Of a stretch of DNA of 64,000 bases, positions 49,230 to 59,100 are shown in pieces. The first letter of the stretch is position 1; each line of letters begins with the position of its first letter. The stretch is taken from positions 75,654-139,653 of the forward strand of contig LGFX01000004.1 in NCBI GenBank assembly GCA_001508335.1, given 5' to 3'. A program made the position numbers and the translations under genes. The DNA is from a candidate division TA06 bacterium 32_111. GTDB lineage: Bacteria > Hydrothermota > 32-111. The notes under the pieces were generated by a model. That model searched no databases, was not told the origin of the DNA, and saw only the letters and a list, made by a program, of their open reading frames with translations.

Positions 49230-49618
49230 AAGTTCTTGTTGCTAAACCTGGACTTGATGGACATGATAGGGGAGCAAAAGTTATAGCGTCAGCTCTTTCA
49301 GATGCTGGTATGGAGGTTATTTACACAGGTTTGCATCAAACTCCAGAAAAGATAGTTAAAACTGCAATAGATGAGGATGTTGATGCTGTTGGACTTTCAA
49401 TACTTTCTGGAGCACATATGACAATTTTTCCAAAAGTTTTAAAACTTTTGAAAGAGAATAAAAGGGAAGATATACTACTTTTTGGTGGAGGAATAATACC
49501 AAAAGAGGACATGGAAGAACTTGAAAAAATGGGAGTTGGAAAGTTGTTTGGTCCAGGTAGTCAGACTAAAGAAGTTATAGATTATCTGAGAGATTGGTTT
49601 GAAAAGAATAGAAAATAA
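49214..49618 (+). CDS. B12-binding small subunit/domain of a methylmalonyl-CoA mutase-like (acyl-CoA mutase) enzyme
   Basis: [20 protein letters not shown] contains the DxHxxG cobalamin His-ligand motif. ...LSILSGAH... 134 aa. Confidence 0.8.
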   Translation: MERKIKVLVAKPGLDGHDRGAKVIASALSDAGMEVIYTGLHQTPEKIVKTAIDEDVDAVGLSILSGAHMTIFPKVLKLLKENKREDILLFGGGIIPKEDMEELEKMGVGKLFGPGSQTKEVIDYLRDWFEKNRK

Positions 49619-49626
49619 TAGGAGGT

Positions 49627-50796
49627 TTGATGCATCTTTTACTATCAGGAGAACTTCTTGAAGTGAAAAATCTTTCAAGACAAATTGCTGAGGAGAAGAT
49701 TAAACCTGTAAGAGAAGAGTATGATGAACAGGCGAAATTTCCAAAAGAGATAATGGAATACCTTGCCAAATCTGATCTTTTCAGGGTTTTTATTCCTGAA
49801 GAGTATGATGGGATGGGACTTGGTATAACTGGAATGTCTATTGCAACTGAAGAGTTATCGAGAGTTTGTGCAGGTATAGCTTTGGGTTACGCTGGTACAG
49901 GTCTTGGAACTATGCCCATAATTCTTTTTGGAAATGAGGAGCAAAAGAAAAAATATTTACCTCAGATAGCATCAGGAGAAAAACTTGCTGCTTTCGGATT
50001 GACTGAAGCTGAGGCTGGTAGTGATGCTTCAAACATAAAAACTGTAGCAAAAAAAGATGGTGATTTTTACCGTATAACTGGAACAAAACAGTTCATAACT
50101 AATGGAGAGGTTGCGGATATCTACGTTATAATAGCGAATGTAAATCCTGAAAGAGGTATAAGGGGACTTACAGCGTTTATAGTTGAAAAAGGTGAAAAAG
50201 GTTTCACTTTTGGAAAACATGAAAACAAGATGGGTATAAGAGCCTCAGCAACAGTTGAACTTGTTTTCGATGATTGTAAGGTTCCAAAGGAGAACATACT
50301 TTTATCAGAGGGACAGGGTTTTAAAGTTGCTATGAAAACTTTAGATTATTCAAGGATAGGTGTTGGAGCCCAAGCGTTAGGTATAGCACAGGGTGCTTAT
50401 GAAGAATCTGTAAACTACGCTTCACAGAGAGTTCAGTTCGGACAGAAGATAATAACTTTCCAAATGATTCAAAACATTATTGCTAATATGGCTATAAAAA
50501 TAGAAGCGGCAAGATCCTTGACTTATATATCTGCAAAATATGTTGACGGAGGTGGAAAAGATATTGCAAGAGTGGGTTCTATGGTAAAAACATTCTGTTC
50601 AGATGTTGCAATGGAGGTGACAACCGATGCTGTTCAGGTCTTTGGCGGATACGGTTATATAAAAGAGTATCCTGTTGAAAAGATGATGAGGGATGCAAAG
50701 ATAACTCAGATATATGAGGGAACCAATCAGATTCAGAGACTTGTTATCGCGCAGGAGATTATTAAAAGGGGCTGTGAGATAACAGATATGTACTAA
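49627..50796 (+). CDS. Acyl-CoA dehydrogenase (short/medium-chain type)
   Basis: ACAD signatures: ...GLTEAEAGSDA..., catalytic region ...QVFGGYGY.... FAD-binding segments. 389 aa. Confidence 0.9.
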   Translation: MMHLLLSGELLEVKNLSRQIAEEKIKPVREEYDEQAKFPKEIMEYLAKSDLFRVFIPEEYDGMGLGITGMSIATEELSRVCAGIALGYAGTGLGTMPIILFGNEEQKKKYLPQIASGEKLAAFGLTEAEAGSDASNIKTVAKKDGDFYRITGTKQFITNGEVADIYVIIANVNPERGIRGLTAFIVEKGEKGFTFGKHENKMGIRASATVELVFDDCKVPKENILLSEGQGFKVAMKTLDYSRIGVGAQALGIAQGAYEESVNYASQRVQFGQKIITFQMIQNIIANMAIKIEAARSLTYISAKYVDGGGKDIARVGSMVKTFCSDVAMEVTTDAVQVFGGYGYIKEYPVEKMMRDAKITQIYEGTNQIQRLVIAQEIIKRGCEITDMY

Positions 50797-50805
50797 GGAG
50801 GTATA

Positions 50806-51402
50806 ATGGTTAAAAGATTTTCTTTTTTCTCAATCGTTTTTTTACTTCTTTTTTCTTTGAGTTGTTCACTCCTTCCATGGGTAAAAGATCCAAACAACAT
50901 TTATGATTGGTCCTCAAACTTTAAAGAGGATGTTACTTACTATTACAAATCTACATACTACATTTCCGCTATCAACTATACAACAACTTACAACTATCAA
51001 TGGAAAGTAGTTGATGTTACTGAAAAAACTGATAAAAAAGTTTATACCATAAATGATGATGGACAGACAAGGTTCCTTGTAGTTGATAAAGATGAGAATC
51101 TTATTTTCTATGGAAAGGATGAATATTTTTCAGGTTTTTCTGAGGATGAGGTTTTGCTTGAAGCACCTGTAACGATTGACAACAGTTGGATATACAAATC
51201 TGAAACAAGAAAAGTTTCCGTAATAGATACAACAGTTGAGATAACTGCTGGAAAGTACAACGATGTTGTAAAGGTTAAAATAGTTGAGGATGATTATTAC
51301 GGGTACCTTTACTGGTCAGTTTCAAAAGGTCTTATTTATAAGTATATTGAGTATACAAATGGCAACTATACAAAAGTTGAACTTATAGATGTGAACGAGT
51401 AA
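50806..51402 (+). CDS. Hypothetical lipoprotein
   Basis: Signal peptide with lipobox LSCS. Tyr/Thr-rich beta region. No motif assigned. Confidence 0.4.
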   Translation: MVKRFSFFSIVFLLLFSLSCSLLPWVKDPNNIYDWSSNFKEDVTYYYKSTYYISAINYTTTYNYQWKVVDVTEKTDKKVYTINDDGQTRFLVVDKDENLIFYGKDEYFSGFSEDEVLLEAPVTIDNSWIYKSETRKVSVIDTTVEITAGKYNDVVKVKIVEDDYYGYLYWSVSKGLIYKYIEYTNGNYTKVELIDVNE

Positions 51403-51416
51403 AACAATAAGGAGCT

Positions 51417-53141
51417 TTGATGGAAGATCTATTTTTGATCAAAGATATCCCTGAACTTTCGGCAAAAAAATTCGGAAGCAAAATAGCGTTACAGATGAAA
51501 TCAGGATACACTTTCAGGTCAATAACATATGAACAGTTGGATGATATGACAAAAAAACTTGCTGAGTACATTCTACATCTTGGAATAAAAAAGGGAGAAT
51601 CTTTTGCTGTTTTAGGTGAGAACAGACCTGAATGGGCTATATCCTACCTTTCAATAGCAAGGACAGGTGCTTACGTAATACCTGTTGATTCTATGCTGAA
51701 AGAGAAAGAGATAAAGATGATACTCCATTACATTAAAGCGAAAGGAATATTTGTCTCTCCAAGGTATCTTGATCTTATAAATGAAATAAAGGATTCACTT
51801 CCAGATTTGAAATATGTTATATCTATGGAAGATGTTGAACACACACATGAAATTCCCTTCCATTTTGCTCTTGATGAGGGTAGAAAACTTTTGGAACAGG
51901 GATCGCATAAATATCGTGATGTTAAAATATCTTTGGATGAACCTTATGTTATAATATTCACATCTGGAACAACAGGTCAATCTAAGGGTGTTATGCTCAC
52001 GAGCAGAAATGTAAGTTACGATATAGTATACTCTACAAAACTTATAGAGGTAAAAGAGAATGATAGGTTTATCTCCGTTCTCCCTTTACACCACACATTT
52101 GAAGCAACTGCAGGTTTTTTACTCCCACTTTACAATGGATGCACTATAACTTATGCAAGATCTTTGAAACCTAATGAGATTTTAGAGGATATAAAAGATT
52201 CTCAATCAACGATTCTTTTGGGAGTTCCTCTTCTTTTTGAAAAGATAATTCTCGGAATAAAAAGAGAAATTAAAAAATCTCTCATCAAAAATACTATAGT
52301 TAACGGAATGCTTGCTATAGAGAAAGGTTCAAAATTTTTGTTAAATATAAAACTTGGAAATCCTATTTTTAAAACTTTAAGGGAAAAATCTGGTCTTTCC
52401 ACTATAAGACTTATGATTTCAGGTGGTGCAGCTTTAAAACCTGAGGTTGCTGAAAGTTTTGAATCTTTTGGATTTCTACTTGTTCAGGGGTATGGATTAA
52501 CAGAGACATCCCCAGTTGTTTCAGTAAACCCTTTGCATAAATATAAACATCGTTCTATAGGTGTTCCAATAGAGGGTGTTGAAGTTCAGATAGACAACCC
52601 TAACGAGAATGGGTAGGGAGAAATTAAGATAAGAGGACCTATCGTTATGAAAGGTTATTATAACAACCAGGCTGCTACAGATGATGTGATAAAGGATGGA
52701 TGGTTTTATACTGGAGATATAGGTTATATTGATAAAGAGGGATACATTTACATTTCAGGTAGAAAAAAATCTATAATAGTTACAGAGGCTGGAAAGAATG
52801 TTTATCCTGAAGAGATAGAGGAGATGCTTGGAGAGAGTGAACTGATAGAAGAGGTTTTAGTTCTACCTGTTATAAACAAGAAGAGTGGAAGAGAGGAAGT
52901 TGGTGCTGTCATCTATCCCAACCCAGAACTTATTGAGAGTGTTATGAAAAAGAACCTTTCTGAAGAGGAAGGTGATAAAGAGTTAAAAGATATTATTGGA
53001 AAAGAGGTAGCGAGGATTTGCGAAAATCTTGCTGATTACAAGAGGGTAAAAAAATTTGATATCAGATATGAAGAGTTTCCAAAAACAACGACAAAAAAGA
53101 TCAAAAGGTATCTTTTTAACAATTATATTATTTCTGATTAG
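51417..53141 (+). CDS. Long-chain acyl-CoA synthetase (AMP-binding), interrupted by one in-frame TAG at 52614-52616. The two ORFs are 51417..52616 and 52647..53141.
   Basis: AMP-binding motifs TSGTTGQSKG and GYGLTETS before the stop. Immediately after the TAG, in the same frame, comes GEIKIRGPIVMKGYYNN. The C-terminal domain follows. Confidence 0.7.
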
Positions 53142-53553
53142 TTTTGAAAGTTGTTTCTACTCTTTCGTGAAAGGTAATTTACCTTTTGATAAATTGGTTT
53201 TTGGAAAATTTGAAAACAGAACCTACTATCTTGATTTTGAAGAGAGATTTTACAATAGCATCTTTGAAATATTTCCAACCTATGGAAATGTGAAGATTGT
53301 TGGAAACGATGAAATGGATACTTTATCAGTAATACTGGAAGATTATTTTAGAACTCCTTATGAGTATAGTGATGATGGGATAATAAAAAGTTATAAATAT
53401 ATTTTAAAATCTATTTATAAAGTTTCAAAAAACACCGAAAGTATTTTAACAGAAAAGATCTTTTCAACTTCAATTTCCGAAGAAGAATGCAAAGACTCTT
53501 TAGTTGTTCAAAATGTGAAAAGTTTCATTGATAAGATAAGAAAAGAATTTTAA
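53068..53553 (+). CDS. Hypothetical protein (the start is ambiguous; the ORF track begins at 53056, overlapping the acyl-CoA synthetase 3' end)
   Basis: Open frame with a hydrophobic N-terminal segment. No motif assigned. Confidence 0.3.
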   Translation: MKSFQKQRQKRSKGIFLTIILFLISFESCFYSFVKGNLPFDKLVFGKFENRTYYLDFEERFYNSIFEIFPTYGNVKIVGNDEMDTLSVILEDYFRTPYEYSDDGIIKSYKYILKSIYKVSKNTESILTEKIFSTSISEEECKDSLVVQNVKSFIDKIRKEF

Positions 53554-53602
53554 AACTTGACTTTTTAAATTATAAGAATAATATTATCAAAAAGGGGGAA
53601 GT

Positions 53603-53911
53603 ATGGCTGAAGAAAAAGAGAAAGCAAAAACGAAAACTAAAGCGGATGTTATAGATCAAATAGCTGAAAGAACTGGTGTAATGAGAAGGGATGTTGAGAT
53701 ATGTTTTGAAACTTTGATAGATCTTATTACCGAAACACTTGTTAACAGGGATAGAATAGAGATAAGAGGGCTTGGAGTTTTTAAAACAAAAAAGAGAAGA
53801 GAGAGGATTGCAAGACATCCAAAAACTGGAGCAAAAGTTCATGTTCCTGAAAGGTATGTTCCTGCATTCAAACCATCAAAAATTTTAAAAGAGAAAGTTG
53901 AAAAGAGATAG
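53603..53911 (+). CDS. HU/IHF-family DNA-binding protein
   Basis: ...RIEIRGLGVFKTKKRRERIARHPKTGAKVHVPERYVPAFKPSK is typical of the HU beta-arm. A Lys-rich N-terminal extension is present. Confidence 0.85.
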   Translation: MAEEKEKAKTKTKADVIDQIAERTGVMRRDVEICFETLIDLITETLVNRDRIEIRGLGVFKTKKRRERIARHPKTGAKVHVPERYVPAFKPSKILKEKVEKR

Positions 53912-53922
53912 AGGAGGTTTAA

Positions 53923-54014
53923 ATGCCGTGTGGAAGAAAAAGAAAGAGAAAAAAAATCGCAACACATAAAAGAAAAAAAAGAAGAAAAGCGATGCGTCAT
54001 AAGAAGAAAAAATG
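53923..54014 (+). CDS. Tiny, extremely basic peptide (30 aa: MPCGRKRKRKKIATHKRKKRRKAMRHKKKK), a ribosomal-protein-like candidate small ORF
   Basis: Strong SD gaggagg sits 5 nt before the ATG. The ORF ends 1 nt before the tRNA. Composition (about 70% K/R/H) resembles small ribosome-associated peptides. No family assigned. Confidence 0.35.
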
Positions 54015-54088
54015 ACACCCGTAGCTCAACTGGATAGAGCGGCGGATTCCGGTTCCGCAGGTTGAAGGTTCAAGTCCTTTCGGGTGTA
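54015..54088 (+). tRNA. tRNA-Arg (anticodon CCG)
   Basis: Manual cloverleaf. Acceptor stem ACACCCG/CGGGTGT. D-arm GCTC-AACTGGATA-GAGC. Anticodon stem GCGGA/TCCGC with loop TTCCGGT (CCG). T-arm GAAGG-TTCAAGT-CCTTT. Discriminator A. CCA is not encoded. Confidence 0.85.
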
Positions 54089-54206
54089 AAAAAAGTGTTG
54101 ACTTTTTAAAAAAAACATTTTAAAATAAATGTTAAAGAAGGAGGAAAAAATAGAAAAGAGATGGTTCTTCAAGGAAAAAAAGGAAACCTTAAAGATAGGA
54201 GGTAAA

Positions 54207-56102
54207 ATGAAGAGGATTTTTGTTCTTCTCTTTGTCTTGGCATTCGCATTTTCACTTTTTGCAATGCCATCAACAGATGCACTTGCAAAGATAAGACAGA
54301 CAACAAGTGTTTCACAGGATGGAAAATTTTTAGAAGTTAAAGATGATGATGCAAACGCAGCTGGAATGACAGCGATTTTGGAACTTGGCGGTGATATGAG
54401 AGGTTTTGCTCCAACACCACTTCAAAGTATAGTTTCGTCACAGGATGGTCAGACTATACAGGTTGTTTCTGGATTGTTTAGTGGTGGCGGATTCGTTGGT
54501 GTTTACTATACAGCATCACTTAATGGTGGTGCGACATGGTCAACCCCAACTCTTATTTCATCAGCAGGTCCATTTGCAAGAAACTATAATGAAATTGCGG
54601 TTGCAACTGGAGAATATCCTTATGTTGTAATGAACTACAGGACATCAAGTTACTTTGGTGACTGGTTTACAACAGATGTTTTAGGTCCAAACGGTGGTGG
54701 TTGGACATCTCCAACTCTCGTTACTGATACAGCAAACTATTTGGCATATATGCCTTCAATAGCTGTTAACACAGATGGTGACAAATGCGTTATGATAGCA
54801 TACGATGCTGCAGGCGGATTTGGAACAAACAGTTCAACCGATTATGGAGCAACATGGGGAACATATGACTGGCCAGCAGATTTAAACACAGACACACTCT
54901 GGGGTATAGATGTTTCATGTGTTAGATGGGGAAATGGTGATGATGTTCATGCTATATTTGGAATGGTCTGGAAAGATGAAACAAGATCAGATATTTTAGC
55001 ATCAGGTCCTGGTAGTGCAATAGTTCCCGGTTATGCATACACAACTGACCTTGGTGCAACATGGAATGCATACACTGGACTTTTCGAAGGAAACATCTGG
55101 CCAAATGTTAACACTTTAAATGGTGATACAGTTATATATAATCTTGATACAACAGCAAACGCAACAAATGATGCTTTCCCAGTAAAAGCGTATCTTGATG
55201 CTACGACAGGTGGATGGACAGATGAACTTGGAACTGCTCTTGGTGATGGTTTCGGAACATGGTGGTACTGGTGGGATGCAGAGTATTATACAAGAGGAAC
55301 AAACGGTGTAATGGCTTATGTTGTTCCTTTGAATGACCTTTTTGTTGATTACTATGAGAATGGTGACCTTTACACATTCGTATGGCAGGGTCAGTCATTT
55401 GTCTTCGGTTATAAATTCGACGGTGAAACAGATTTTAGATATGATTATATAGATATCCATGATGCAGATGTTTTGGATGAAACAGGAGCAACAGCAACAT
55501 GGAGAGGAAACGCATACAGTGCAAACCTCTGCTATGATCAAGCAACTGATAATATGTATATAGTTTATCTTGACTATGTTGATACAGCAACAGGGATATC
55601 TTCTGTTGAAGCTTTGAAACTTGATCCAGCAACAAACGGTGTTTACAGAACAACAATAATACTTAATGCTGGTCTTTATGAAGTTGAATGTGGAAAGTAT
55701 GTTGATGACAACGGATATATCCATATAGCAGGTGTAGCAGGTTCAGAGGATTCAATATACTATAAAGCAGTTGATATAAATGATGCAGGATTGGTTTGGG
55801 AAGATCTCGGTGTAACAACAGTATGGGGTATGAATAACGAAGTATCATCCAACTTTAAGAATAACATATACAACATTCCATCATTCGTTGGAAAGAATGG
55901 CTCTATAAGTTTTGTTATGAATGAAGGAAGGAATGTAGAAATATCAGTTTACGATGCAACAGGAAGAAATGTTAACACAATTAACAAATTCTTCTCAAAA
56001 GGAACTCACTCAGTTAACCTGAATCTCAAACAGGGTGTTTACTTTGTTAAGGTTAACGATGGAGTTAACAACTTTACCAAAAAAGTTGTTTCAGTTAAGT
56101 AA
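54207..56102 (+). CDS. Secreted BNR/Asp-box repeat protein with a type IX secretion C-terminal sorting domain. The probable start is ATG 54207; the ORF track begins at 54129.
   Basis: Signal peptide MKRIFVLLFVLAFAFSLFA after the RBS ataggaggt. Asp-box repeats SLNGGATWST, STDYGATWGT, TTDLGATWNA. C-terminal CTD motifs (VEISVYDATGRNV, GVYFVKV, KKVVSVK). Confidence 0.75.
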   Translation: MKRIFVLLFVLAFAFSLFAMPSTDALAKIRQTTSVSQDGKFLEVKDDDANAAGMTAILELGGDMRGFAPTPLQSIVSSQDGQTIQVVSGLFSGGGFVGVYYTASLNGGATWSTPTLISSAGPFARNYNEIAVATGEYPYVVMNYRTSSYFGDWFTTDVLGPNGGGWTSPTLVTDTANYLAYMPSIAVNTDGDKCVMIAYDAAGGFGTNSSTDYGATWGTYDWPADLNTDTLWGIDVSCVRWGNGDDVHAIFGMVWKDETRSDILASGPGSAIVPGYAYTTDLGATWNAYTGLFEGNIWPNVNTLNGDTVIYNLDTTANATNDAFPVKAYLDATTGGWTDELGTALGDGFGTWWYWWDAEYYTRGTNGVMAYVVPLNDLFVDYYENGDLYTFVWQGQSFVFGYKFDGETDFRYDYIDIHDADVLDETGATATWRGNAYSANLCYDQATDNMYIVYLDYVDTATGISSVEALKLDPATNGVYRTTIILNAGLYEVECGKYVDDNGYIHIAGVAGSEDSIYYKAVDINDAGLVWEDLGVTTVWGMNNEVSSNFKNNIYNIPSFVGKNGSISFVMNEGRNVEISVYDATGRNVNTINKFFSKGTHSVNLNLKQGVYFVKVNDGVNNFTKKVVSVK

Positions 56103-56123
56103 ACTTTTTCTTTATAAAAAAAA

Positions 56124-56149
56124 GGGGAAACATCGTTTCCCCTTTTTTT
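56124..56149 (+). terminator. Rho-independent terminator
   Basis: GGGGAAAC-atc-GTTTCCCC stem-loop followed by T6-7. Sits 22 nt after the stop. Confidence 0.7.
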
Positions 56150-56178
56150 ACATTATTTAAGATTTAAAAAGGAGAGTA

Positions 56179-59100
56179 ATGATGTCAAAGAAAAATTATC
56201 TTTTTGGAATTATTCTCCTTCTGGTTCTTCTCTTTTCAGTTAATATTTTTGCAGGTGTTACAGGAAAGATAACTGGAAGAGTTATTGACAAACAGACAAA
56301 AGAGGGTATCCCCGGTGTTAACGTTATAATACCGGAACTTGGAATAGGTGCTGTTACAGATCTTGACGGATACTACTTTATTCTGAATGTCCCAGTTGGA
56401 GTTTATTCTGTTACAGCCCAGATAATCTCATACCAAACACAAACAAAAACCAATGTTTCAGTATCTGCAGACATCAACACAACAGTCAACTTTGAACTTG
56501 TTATGGGTGCGATAGAATATGATACGGTTATCGTTGAGGCTAAAGAATCTAAGATACAGACAAACGTTACACAGAAAGAGAGAACGATGAACCAGCAACT
56601 TCTTGATGAATCCGTTTCAAACAACATAATGGCAGCTGTCGCAAACAATGCTGGAGTTGTTGGAACAGGGAATGCGATGCATGTTAGAGGTGGAAGAACG
56701 GATGAAGTTGGATACATGGTTGATGGTATGTCAATTATAGACCCTGTTACAAAAGGCCTTGGAGCAACTATAAATAAAAACGCTGTTTCAGAAGTTAAAT
56801 TCATATCAGGAGGATTCAACGCTGAATATGGTGAGGCGATGTCTGGAATTTTAAACATAGTAACAAGGGAAGGTTCTAAAAAATATGAGGGAACTGTTAG
56901 ATATGAAGGTAATTCCTTCCTTCCAACTTCTTTCAACTATGGTGACAACAGACTTGAATACTCTTTGGGTGGACCAATATACAAAGACTTTTTAAGATTT
57001 TTCATTTCTGGTGATATTTACACAACGAACGACTGGTCTCCACTCTTTGTTGATAAACCAAACTTTTTCTATAAAAATGATTCAACAGGTTATGCTTTCT
57101 CATACGATTTTGTTGATTACTCTTTAGCAGGTTACGATTCTTTGGGTAATCCAATAATTGATACATCATATACAACAGTAAACTGGACACAGGACTCAGT
57201 TCCATATTTCACATATGGAGTTGATACTGTTGTTGATACTTTAAATGATACAACATTCTATTATAATAAAGTTGTTATCGATACAGTTATGTGGAACAGG
57301 TATGGACCAACATATTGGGAGAATCTTGGTGTTGTTGTTCCACATCACAAAAGAAGTGAATACCATGCTCAGGCAAAATTCACTTTAAAACCAACAAAAA
57401 ATTTAAAAATCAATCTTGGTGGTTTCTATTCACATTCCTCATTCCAGCAGTTCAACAGCGCTTTAAAATACAATCTTGAAAGATACCTTACAAGAAATAC
57501 CGATGGATACCAGATAAATGGAACTGCAAACTGGATGGTAAACCAGGCAAACTTTGTAACACTTACTGGTAGTTACTTTTATACTCAAACACATTATGGA
57601 CCTGAATTTGATGCTATACTTTTTGATGAAAATGGTGATAGTATTTATCCACCAGAAGTTATTATTCCGAAATGGTATGAATTCTGGAAACCTTACGGTG
57701 TTATAGATACAAACAATTTCCATTATGTGCCTGGTATGGTTGATAAATGGAAAAACAACTCTCCATGGGGATGGTGGATAGATGCTCAGTACATTTATCC
57801 AAACTGGTATGGTGTATCAAGTTTCAGGTATTCAAATTACCTTACTGTTAAGGCTGATTGGACAAGCCAGATTGGAAGGTACCATGAGATGAAAACTGGT
57901 GTTGAGTATAAAGCTTATGAATTATATCTATGGGATCTCTATCTGCCATGGGATCCAAACCCATTCTCCGATCAGTACCATGTTTATCCAAAACAGTTAG
58001 CAGCCTATGTTCAGGATAAGATGGAATTCGAAGGAATGGTTGTTAACATAGGTCTAAGATTTGATTATCTTGATGCGAACACACCATACTATTATGTTGC
58101 AAATAACAGGAGTTTCCCACTCTATCAGCAGGATACAATTATAGACACAATAACAGGTGATACAACAATAGTGATAACTCCAAATCCAAATATAACAAAG
58201 CCTGATTCATATCCAGGTTATCCAGATTCTGTATGGGATACCTTAACATGGCCAGTTAGAATGGCTGAAAAGAAATACAAAGTTTCTCCAAGGTTGGGAA
58301 TATCACATCCAATATCTGAGGTCTCAGTTTTACATTTCAACTATGGCCATTTCTTCCAGACTCCACAGATGGATTACCTCTTCTCAGGTCTTGGTGTTGA
58401 TCTTTCCAAGAGAGGAAACTCAAATATAGGTTCACCAAACCTTGATGCTGAAAGAACTATATCCTATGAGTTTGGAATAGCAACACAGATAGGTGCAGAC
58501 ATGGCTTTGGATGTTACGACATATTATAAAGATATTTATGGACTTATAGGTTCAAGAAAAGTTTACGCTTTACCAGCACCATACTATGCTTTGCAGAACG
58601 TTGAGTACGGTAATGTTAAAGGTTTTGAAGTTGCTTTCTCCAAGTCATCAAAATACTTCTCAGCCGATATAGCCTACACACTCTCCTTTGCAAAAGGAAC
58701 AGCATCGGATGCATGGGAAGGTTACTATCTAACTTATGCTGAAAGGGATCCGGTTACAGGTGGAGATATACAGATGCCTAAGATCCCGTACTACCTATCA
58801 TTCGATCAGAGACATACTATAAATATAGGTTTTGTTTTGAGAATGCCAGCAAAAGAACTACCTATATATGCTGACAACTGGACAATATCTGTTGACAACT
58901 CAATTAACTCAGGTCAGCCATACACTCCAGTTAATGAGAAGGGAATCAAGACTGGTGTTACAAACAGTGAAAGGAAGCCTTGGAGATTTAACACTGATCT
59001 CAAATTCAGAAAAGGATTTTTGTTTGGAACATTTGAGCCAAACATCTATATCACAGTTACAAACCTTTTCAACATAAGGAATGTTGAGGATGTCTACGCT

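Noticed and set aside
52614-52616. TAG in the acyl-CoA synthetase as pyrrolysine or genetic-code recoding
   Set aside because: TAG clearly terminates at least three other well-defined genes in the window (mfd, the NUDIX gene and the ORF at 15895-16629), and no other in-frame TAG was seen. An ordinary nonsense mutation or sequencing error is much more likely.
54129-54206. Upstream extension of the BNR-repeat protein ORF (MLKKEEKIEKRWFFKEKK...)
   Set aside because: The charged leader precedes a textbook signal peptide that starts at ATG 54207 with an RBS. The extension overlaps the tRNA terminator region, so 54207 is the real start.
55201-55848. Cluster of antisense ORFs (65-109 aa, Cys/His/Gln-rich translations) inside the BNR-repeat gene
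   Set aside because: They lie fully within a well-supported + strand gene (Asp-box repeats plus a type IX secretion C-terminal domain). They arise from its skewed GGT/GAT/ACA codon usage depleting stop codons on the opposite strand. They have no RBS or start context.
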